From an uncultured Bacillota bacterium (lineage in GTDB: Bacteria > Bacillota_I > Bacilli_A > RFN20 > CAG-288), in the NCBI GenBank assembly GCA_949299015.1, contig CASFYT010000017.1:436-64435 (forward strand): a stretch of DNA of 64,000 nucleotides, read 5' to 3'. Positions 18,483 to 25,676 of the stretch are shown one piece after another; positions within the stretch are counted from its first letter, which is position 1; every line of letters starts with the position of its first letter. Under the pieces are notes generated by a model. That model had not been told where the DNA came from. It did no database searches and saw only the letters and a program-made list of their open reading frames with translations. Made by a program: the position numbers and the translations under genes.

Positions 18483-21400
18483 ATGAAATTGAAAAGAAAG
18501 ATCCTCTGCCCTCTATTCCTGATCTCGCTCTTCCTTCCCTCCTGCAGCTCGATTGGAACGACGTCGTCCATCCAAAACATCGGCCAGACGAGCACGCCCG
18601 TTGAATCCAGCGACACGTCCTCCTCCTCTTTCTCCTCATCCAGCTCCTATCCCTATGTGACCGAGACGCTCCGGGAAGGATTCCATGTCCAGCCGGGCAT
18701 CCCTGATCGCAACGGGACGATCGACACCACGGCCTTGTCTGGGCTTCTCGATACGATCGAGGACCGATTGGACCTTGGTTCCGTCTTCTCGAAGTACCGA
18801 TCGAATCTGTCGGAGGCCACTCCCCTGCTTCGTCAGGGAGGATGGACGACACAAACGATAAAGGAAATCAGGGACGTTCTCTCTTCGGAGAGCCTCTTCC
18901 ACGCCGCCCACTCAGGCAAGGGGTTTCGCGACGCCGTCGAGCTCTCGGAGAGTGAGATTCACGCAATCTACGGCAAGGCGATTCAGGACATCATCCATCT
19001 CTTGGACGACGATCAGCTTTCCTCCCTTCTTTTCGCCATGACAAGGGTGGGGATCCTCAGTCAGTCGAACATCGTCCTCTCCTTCTCGTTGCTGGAAAGC
19101 GTCTCTCTTTCGATGATTGAATCCATCGCGTCCTCCAAGGAGGTTCAATCGGACTTCATGGCCAACCAGTATTGGCAGGGGATGCTTTCGTCCACTCCTC
19201 TCTCCTCGACGTTCCTGACCTTCCTTCAAAGCGACGAGTTCAATGAGATATCCTGGTACATCTTCCGGATCGTGGCCAATGTCGTTCGTGAGATCGCGGA
19301 AAAGATTCCTGTCGAGGACGTCATTGCCTTTATCCAGAACATGCGGGAGCTTTCCTCGGGCCCCGAGGAGTTGACTCCCGAAATGCTTGCCGCCATCTTT
19401 CCGATGTTTGGCCGTATCTTCGACGAGTGCTTCTGCGATCGTCAGTCTTTTGCGACGCTTGCCGAAATGATGCGGGATGCCCTGATTGAGGCGAAAGGAT
19501 CGGCCAGCACCCTTGATTTCGTATCGAATGCGGGGTCGGACAACATCGTCACGGTTTCCCAGGAAGGCGAAGATACCGACGGCATCCTTGAGATTCTGAA
19601 GAAGTCCGACGACTTGTTCAATGTCTTGAAGTTTGCGGCTCTTTTGGTCAGGAACATGACGACGGAGGATTTCCGTTCCCTGATTGAAATCGATAGGCTG
19701 GACGATTCCGACGAGGAAGTGACGATGCAAAACGGGCGTCTGATCGTTCTTTTCAGCAAGATGTACGTCACGAACATGACTCGCTTCGGGGCCGATTCGA
19801 ATCAGGTCATCTCCAGCATCGAAGATCTGATTCCGGATTTCCTGTCCGTTGTCATGGGTACAAAGATCTCCCTGAGCGAGGTTCGGGATGAATCCAACGT
19901 CTACCTTGCCGAATTCCGAAGCGATTCCGTCAATATCAATTCTCGATTAGCTGAAGATGTGGTGAATCTCATCGAATCGTCGGCTCAACATGAACTGGAG
20001 AGCCTGAGCCTGGCGGATTGTGAAGAGATTGTGGGAGAATTTACCTCGATTGGCGAAAGATTTGGTCTCGACGATTGGAATTCGTATCGATATCGAATCG
20101 AAATCCGCCATCAATACCAAGTCGGGGAAGCCCCCGTGGTGAACGTATGGTCCGACCAGGAATCCATCGAGCCGATTCTTTCCGACCTGGAGGGCTTTTC
20201 GTCGGTTCAGCCGCATGTCGGAATGGCGTCCGTGAGCTTTTATCAGTACTCCGTTTCCTTCTCCTATTCCGTCTACAACGAAGTCTCTCCCGAACTCGTG
20301 CAGGACATCTACTTTGCCCGCACGACGAAAACGGAAAACTATTTCGAGCAGCATAGCACCTTGCCCGACGTCAGGGTCCAGATCGATGGAGAGCTCATCA
20401 CTGTTCCGCGCCCCGAGATTTTGAACTATTCTTCGACGACGCCCGGACAATACTATGCGACGTTTCCAATCGGAGAGGAAAAGAAGGACTATCTCGGCTT
20501 CACGTACTACATCTATTCGGAAAAGGATTACCAGAAGACCATCGAAATCACGACGCCTCTCTACGAAGGCCAATGGATAGGCAAGAGGACCGGATTCCAA
20601 TCGGTGAATACCACGTCGATTACCGTGAACGGAAAGACGAAGGAGTTCGTTGAGGAAGAATACTATACCTATCAGAACCAGGGGCTTGTCTTGGATGCCT
20701 CGACCGCAGGTAGGAAGGAGTATTATTGGGACGAATCGCAGGCGACGGTCCGTTACGAAGTCCTGGAATGCGAGAGCATCGAATATGTCTGTGAGTTCAA
20801 TCCATCCTACACGACTGGATTTTTTGGAATGCCCTTCTTCTTCCCTGGAATGAGAAATGATTTTGCCTGGGACATGTTCTCCTATTACCCCTATGGAGAC
20901 GTGGTCGAGACGATTCGGCTGAAGGACGGCACGGTGATTTCAGGGGCCTGCTCGCTGGATGCGGTCGAGGAGGAAGAACAGGAGCGCTATCCGCTTTCCT
21001 TCTTCGGCTTGGAGCCGGAGGACTTCGATGTCGTCGGCGAGCATCGCACTCCCTTTGACGGCCTCACGGCAACGATTGAGGACGTGTCGGGCCGCCAGAT
21101 GCAGATTCCTTTCGAAATCTGCTACACGGTCTTGCCCGGATACTATGAGCAAAGCGGCTCCGGTTCCGGGGAACTGAAGCTTTATGTCGACGAAGCCGGA
21201 AATCTGCTTCGCTACCTCATCAGCTTCGACATCGACATGCACGTGGAGGTGGAATACTACGATGCGTCCATCGGGATGGCCTATATGAACAAATCCGACA
21301 GTAATCTTTCTATCGAAAACGAAGACGACATTTCCTTTGGAACCTTCGACCAAATTTACGTCTACGATTATCCCGCCATCAGGGCTCTCGGATCCAGTTC

Positions 21401-21485
21401 GGGGACCTATGATTTCCGTCTGAACGCCGAAGGCTATCTGTGTTCGCAAATTCCGATGCACTACGAAATCCTTCTTCAGGAATGA
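18483..21485 (+). CDS. Large surface lipoprotein (1000 aa), helical N-half and putative Ig-like repeats
   Basis: RBS AAAGGAG; signal MKLKRK...LFLPSC, Ser-rich linker; Big_3-like motifs GFSSVQP, NYSSTTPG, LDASTAG; lower GC than flanks. Confidence 0.75.
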   Translation: MKLKRKILCPLFLISLFLPSCSSIGTTSSIQNIGQTSTPVESSDTSSSSFSSSSSYPYVTETLREGFHVQPGIPDRNGTIDTTALSGLLDTIEDRLDLGSVFSKYRSNLSEATPLLRQGGWTTQTIKEIRDVLSSESLFHAAHSGKGFRDAVELSESEIHAIYGKAIQDIIHLLDDDQLSSLLFAMTRVGILSQSNIVLSFSLLESVSLSMIESIASSKEVQSDFMANQYWQGMLSSTPLSSTFLTFLQSDEFNEISWYIFRIVANVVREIAEKIPVEDVIAFIQNMRELSSGPEELTPEMLAAIFPMFGRIFDECFCDRQSFATLAEMMRDALIEAKGSASTLDFVSNAGSDNIVTVSQEGEDTDGILEILKKSDDLFNVLKFAALLVRNMTTEDFRSLIEIDRLDDSDEEVTMQNGRLIVLFSKMYVTNMTRFGADSNQVISSIEDLIPDFLSVVMGTKISLSEVRDESNVYLAEFRSDSVNINSRLAEDVVNLIESSAQHELESLSLADCEEIVGEFTSIGERFGLDDWNSYRYRIEIRHQYQVGEAPVVNVWSDQESIEPILSDLEGFSSVQPHVGMASVSFYQYSVSFSYSVYNEVSPELVQDIYFARTTKTENYFEQHSTLPDVRVQIDGELITVPRPEILNYSSTTPGQYYATFPIGEEKKDYLGFTYYIYSEKDYQKTIEITTPLYEGQWIGKRTGFQSVNTTSITVNGKTKEFVEEEYYTYQNQGLVLDASTAGRKEYYWDESQATVRYEVLECESIEYVCEFNPSYTTGFFGMPFFFPGMRNDFAWDMFSYYPYGDVVETIRLKDGTVISGACSLDAVEEEEQERYPLSFFGLEPEDFDVVGEHRTPFDGLTATIEDVSGRQMQIPFEICYTVLPGYYEQSGSGSGELKLYVDEAGNLLRYLISFDIDMHVEVEYYDASIGMAYMNKSDSNLSIENEDDISFGTFDQIYVYDYPAIRALGSSSGTYDFRLNAEGYLCSQIPMHYEILLQE

Positions 21486-22052
21486 GTTCCACGCCACCGC
21501 CAAACGGATAATGGAAAGTAGGGCACTCCGTCCAGATCGAGCTCGTTCGTCTGTCCTGATTCGTGCTGAGTCGGTTTGGAATCCGAATCCTCGTCGACAG
21601 GGACACAGGTGCCATCGTTTCCTGGTTGAAACGAAGGGATTTCATCGAGGGCGGAATCCATCCTTTCTCCATTTCTTCCGATTCAGAAACGGCATTCCGA
21701 TGCAGCGAATTGCAATCGCGGACGGAAGAGGAGAAGCGTTCGCTGGTGCTGGTCTTGTGTCATTCGAATCCGGCAGGAAGGCTCTTTTGATTCCAGGCTC
21801 TTCGTTGCCCCCTTCTTACCTTTACCGTGATTGTCGGATGGACATATCGATGGTGGTGAATCCCCGCTCCCGGACCGCCTTGCCCGTTCCGGGCAGGGGG
21901 AGAGGCCTGGCAACGCGGGCCTCATTCTTCGAGAACCGACCTTTTGCAGCGTGGGGCGATATGGAGATAGGCGAAAAGGAATCGGTGCCGCCCTGCAGGC
22001 AGAGCAAAGGATAAGGGCTTGGCTAGGAGTTCTTCGTAATTTCGCAAGGAGA

Positions 22053-22322
22053 TTATTCGGCTAGCCTTGAGTTGATCCACTCATAGTCGAGACCTTGGTC
22101 GAAATGGTCGTTCAAGTCGTCGACCGCCTCTTCGTAGACATCGTACTTGGCGAGTTCCTCCTTCGGAAGACGGTCTTCGTTCTCTATGGCGACTCCTGAA
22201 ATTTCTCCAAGAAGAATGTCAATGACATCCTCAAAATTATCTTCGGAAATGTTCTTGATGCCTAGGTCTTTGAGAATATGTATCGTCTGCTCGTTCAATC
22301 GCCATTTCTGTTGAACTTTCAT
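22053..22322 (-). CDS. Small acidic protein, putative immunity/antitoxin
   Basis: 89 aa, D/E-rich; ATG 1 nt after the TAA of the upstream interrupted ORF; RBS AAAGGAAG. Confidence 0.6.
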   Translation of the reverse strand: MKVQQKWRLNEQTIHILKDLGIKNISEDNFEDVIDILLGEISGVAIENEDRLPKEELAKYDVYEEAVDDLNDHFDQGLDYEWINSRLAE

Positions 22323-22323
22323 T

Positions 22324-22620
22324 TTAATTTCTTCCTTTCTTCGTCCGTTCATGATTTCTTCGGACTTTGGAATGAGTCCTCATCATGGTTTTGATCAGAT
22401 TTTCTGATGGTTTGATGATCGTGGTGATCCTTTTTCCGATTCGTCTGTACTAAAAGGAACCATCCTTCTCCCGTCTTGGCCGCGTCTTCGCCAATGGGCG
22501 GGTGAAACAATGCCCAACCACCTCCCCCTTCCGGATGTTTCTTTCGACCATACGCTTCATCGCATGCTTGGATACGATAAACTTGCCTAATCTGATCTGC
22601 GGCGAATGGTAGGAACTCAT
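22324..22620 (-). pseudogene. DUF4258/BECR-like RNase toxin domain interrupted by an in-frame TAG at 22452-22450
   Basis: IVSKHAMKRMVERNI...DGSF*YRRIGKRITTIIKPSENLIKTMMRTHSKVRRNHERTKKGRN*; frame stays open 41 codons past the TAG and ends 1 nt before the next ATG. Confidence 0.6.
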
Positions 22621-22717
22621 CTTCTTTTTTGATGTTAGCATAAATCGAAATAGACTCATTTGTGAAATCCTTTCTCGGCTTGCGGATTCTCTCCTGCCAG
22701 GATGAAGTATAACCCCT

Positions 22718-22803
22718 GTTTCTTCCACTGCTTTATAGGTGTGTACCTAGTACACATCCTATAAAAGCATGTGGGAAACGACGTGCAGCACATGCTTTTA
22801 TAG
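22718..22803. repeat. Overlapping, mutually exclusive inverted repeats
   Basis: 22718-22746 pairs with 22750-22779 (few bulges); CTATAAAAGCATGTG 22759-22773 pairs perfectly with CACATGCTTTTATAG 22789-22803. Confidence 0.8.
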
Positions 22804-23079
22804 AAAAAACCGAATGGACTCTTGACAAATTTGTGTGCCACGAAAGCTCGGCCCGGATTCTGTCTTCGTTTCGAGCGATTGTCCTTCGGACGGATAGGCA
22901 GGGGAAAGGGATGTGGAATTCCGCTTTCCATCCTTTCCTTCCATCCCCTCTTGTTGTTCCTCGAAGGCAATCAAACAAGCTTTCTTTTCGGGAATGAGCC
23001 TGTCCCTCTTTCCGAGGGGGCACGGCCCGGCGCCTGTCCTGTCTTATGCAAACTCCATACCAAATCATGGGAGAGATAT

Positions 23080-23110
23080 AAAAAGGGCTGATGCACATCG
23101 CATCAGCCCT
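23080..23110 (-). terminator. Intrinsic terminator downstream of tRNA-Leu
   Basis: AGGGCTGATGC / GCATCAGCCCT stem followed by a T-run on the minus strand. Confidence 0.8.
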
Positions 23111-23122
23111 CCGTTTTCCCAA

Positions 23123-23206
<84 letters not shown>

Positions 23207-23220
23207 AATACAGCTTGAAA

Positions 23221-23249
23221 AGTATATCAGCTCTTTTTTTGGAAAGCAA
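23221..23249 (-). promoter_or_regulatory. sigmaA promoter of tRNA-Leu
   Basis: TTGCTT-17 nt-TATACT (with TG extension) on the minus strand. Confidence 0.75.
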
Positions 23250-23270
23250 GAGAAATTAGAATAATGGGGT

Positions 23271-23963
23271 ATGCAACGAAAGCTTCTCGGCATTCTTTCC
23301 TATTCCGATCGCAACGGCGCTTCCTTCCCCGTGAAGGTCTACCTTTCCTCGCGCAGGACGCGAAGCATCCGTGCTTCCGTCAGCCACGGCGAGACGTTCC
23401 TCGTCGTCCCGGGGAAGGTCCGGACGGAGGACCTCATTGCCTTTCTCGACCGGGTGGTGCGGCTGCGAAAGGGCTCCTTCTTCGACAGGCCCTTCTATCG
23501 CGAGGGGGAATACCTCTTCCTCCTGGGGCGGAAGAGGCCCCTGACGCAGGATCCTTCCCGGAAGGGAGACGAGTCCTTCTTCTACTATCCCCCAAACGCC
23601 CGTTCCCCCCTTGCCCGCTATCGGCGGATGTTTCTTTCCTATCTTTCGAGGCGCCTGGTCGAGATCGGCCGGGAATACGACTTCGACCTCTCGGAATATC
23701 GGATCGGGACGGGATGCTTCGATTCATACTATGGGTGCTGCTATCGGACGAAGAAGAAGTTCAAGTTCGACATCCGGCTGTTCGCCTATCGCAAGGAAAT
23801 CCTCGACTCGGTCCTCTACCACGAGGTGACGCACCTCCTGGTCCCGGGGCACGGGGACCGCTTCTATGCGATCCTCCGCCTCCATTGTCCCGACTACGAT
23901 CGGCTGACGAAGCTTCTCAGGCGCGGCGCCTTTCAAGGAGAACAAGATGAAGAGAACGATTGA
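23271..23963 (+). CDS. YgjP-like (DUF45/M48) zinc metallo-hydrolase
   Basis: YGCCY...LDSVLYHEVTHL..PGHGDRFY...CPDY. Confidence 0.85.
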   Translation: MQRKLLGILSYSDRNGASFPVKVYLSSRRTRSIRASVSHGETFLVVPGKVRTEDLIAFLDRVVRLRKGSFFDRPFYREGEYLFLLGRKRPLTQDPSRKGDESFFYYPPNARSPLARYRRMFLSYLSRRLVEIGREYDFDLSEYRIGTGCFDSYYGCCYRTKKKFKFDIRLFAYRKEILDSVLYHEVTHLLVPGHGDRFYAILRLHCPDYDRLTKLLRRGAFQGEQDEEND

Positions 23964-24660
23964 CAGCAAGGAAAACGCCTATTACAAGGACCTGGTCCGC
24001 CTTCAGAAGGGGGACTACGAGAGGGGACTCTTCCTCGCCGAGGGCGAGGACCTCTATCAGGAGGCGCGGAAGAACGATGCCCTGCTGGAGGTCCTCCTTC
24101 CGACGGACTCAACCTTCGAGACGGACTTCCCCGACGTCACCTTCCTCAGGCCTTCCCTCTATCGGTCCCTCTCCTCCTATCGTTCCCTGCCGCCCTGCAT
24201 GGTCCTCTGCCGCCTTCGGGAGAGCCGGGACCTCGGCGAGAAGGTCGTCTACCTCGACGGCATCCAGGATCCCGGAAACCTCGGAACGATCTTCCGCACC
24301 GCCCTGGCCTTCTCTTTCACGGGCGTCGCCCTTTCCGAGGACTGCGTTTCGATTTATAATAGAAAAGCCATCCAAAGCACGAAGGGCGCCCTGTTTTCGA
24401 TACCGTTCCGCAAGGTCTCCCTGTCGCAGCTCTGCCAGGAAGGCTACCACGCCTACCTGACGACTTTGGACGGGCAGGACATGGAGGAAGTCCCGACCCT
24501 GGAAAAGCCCTTCGCCCTGGCCTTCGGAAACGAAGGGCACGGCATCCGCAAGGAGAACCTCGGCCTCGGGAAGAAGCTTCGCATCGCGATGAAGAACATC
24601 GATTCCCTCAACGTCGCCATCGCCTGCTCCCTCTTCCTCTACCGCTACGGGAAGGAGTGA
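23947..24660 (+). CDS. SpoU/TrmH family RNA methyltransferase
   Basis: FLAEG, LDGIQDPGNLGTIFRTA, FGNEGHGI, IAM..IDSLNVAIA. Confidence 0.93.
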   Translation: MKRTIDSKENAYYKDLVRLQKGDYERGLFLAEGEDLYQEARKNDALLEVLLPTDSTFETDFPDVTFLRPSLYRSLSSYRSLPPCMVLCRLRESRDLGEKVVYLDGIQDPGNLGTIFRTALAFSFTGVALSEDCVSIYNRKAIQSTKGALFSIPFRKVSLSQLCQEGYHAYLTTLDGQDMEEVPTLEKPFALAFGNEGHGIRKENLGLGKKLRIAMKNIDSLNVAIACSLFLYRYGKE

Positions 24661-24664
24661 TCCC

Positions 24665-25585
24665 ATGGAAAGAAAAGTGATCAAGGAAAAGGATCCCGGA
24701 TTCGACTTCCGCCCTCCGACGAAGAAGACCGTGCTCCTTTGCACCAACGGATTCCAGAACGCCGACATCCACGACTCGACCGCCATGCGCGAATATTTCG
24801 AGCAGAGCTTTGCCAAGGACTTTCCCCTCTGCGAGATCGTCCCGGTCCAGCTCTTCCTGCCGGCCGTGCCGAAGACCCACCATTCCCGCCTCTACGAGAA
24901 GATCCTCGAGGAGAAGATCTCCGAGTACGAGAAGAAGGGCTACGACATCGTCCTGATGGGATATTCCTTCTCCGCCGCCCTCGCCTCCAAGCTTCAGGTC
25001 CGCCATGGCCAAAGCATCCGCAAGCTCATCCTGGTGGCCCCGGTCTACGACACGGTGGTCAACAACATGATCGCCGGCTACATCCAGTACGTCCTCAAGT
25101 TCCGCCGCCTGGTCAAGAAGTACGGTCCCGCCATCGCCAAGGCGATGGGAAGGGAGACGACCAAGGGCATGATCGGACTCCTGCTCTCCATCCTCCGCTC
25201 CGTGCTCGGCTGCCGCGGCTTTTATCGGAAGGTGACCTGCGACACGTTGATCATCCACGGCGAGGAGGACGAGCTTTCGACGGTCCATTCCCTCAAGAAG
25301 ATCCGCTCCAGGATGAAGGGAAGGAGCCTTCTCTACGTCTACCCGGGGATGAACCACGGCATCCTCAAGACGGTCCGCGACAACGGCATCGTCTTCGAGG
25401 ACATCCTCTCCTATGCCTTCGGCACGCCGCACCTGCTTGAGGCGGACGTCGAGACGAAGAAGGAGGAGGAGAAGAAGGTCGCCCTCGACGAGGAAGGGGA
25501 ACCTATCCCCACCTTCTCCGAGATCTTCCAGGAGCTCGATCCCGACTTCGAGAGCGAGCGGAAGGAAGACCAAGGGGCGCTCTGA
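24665..25585 (+). CDS. Alpha/beta hydrolase (carboxylesterase-like)
   Basis: NGF oxyanion loop, nucleophile elbow GYSFS, LIIHGEEDE, GMNHG. Confidence 0.8.
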   Translation: MERKVIKEKDPGFDFRPPTKKTVLLCTNGFQNADIHDSTAMREYFEQSFAKDFPLCEIVPVQLFLPAVPKTHHSRLYEKILEEKISEYEKKGYDIVLMGYSFSAALASKLQVRHGQSIRKLILVAPVYDTVVNNMIAGYIQYVLKFRRLVKKYGPAIAKAMGRETTKGMIGLLLSILRSVLGCRGFYRKVTCDTLIIHGEEDELSTVHSLKKIRSRMKGRSLLYVYPGMNHGILKTVRDNGIVFEDILSYAFGTPHLLEADVETKKEEEKKVALDEEGEPIPTFSEIFQELDPDFESERKEDQGAL

Positions 25586-25622
25586 TTTCCTTTCCATTCC
25601 TGCGCGCGTTCTCCTATAATAG

Positions 25623-25647
25623 ACAGGCAGCTTTCGCTGCCTGTTTT
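25623..25647 (+). terminator. Terminator-like hairpin overlapping the ileS promoter
   Basis: ACAGGCAGC-TTTC-GCTGCCTGT-TTT, directly after TATAAT 25615-25620. Confidence 0.6.
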
Positions 25648-25676
25648 CGTATGTCATCCACAAGGGAGGCACAACC

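Noticed and set aside
21486-22052. Several short overlapping ORFs on both strands after the large lipoprotein
   Set aside because: None has a convincing motif or codon bias, so the region is left unannotated.
22450-22452. TAG reassignment (alternative genetic code)
   Set aside because: TAG terminates several clear genes in this window (e.g. 10308, 29948, 48144, 52469).
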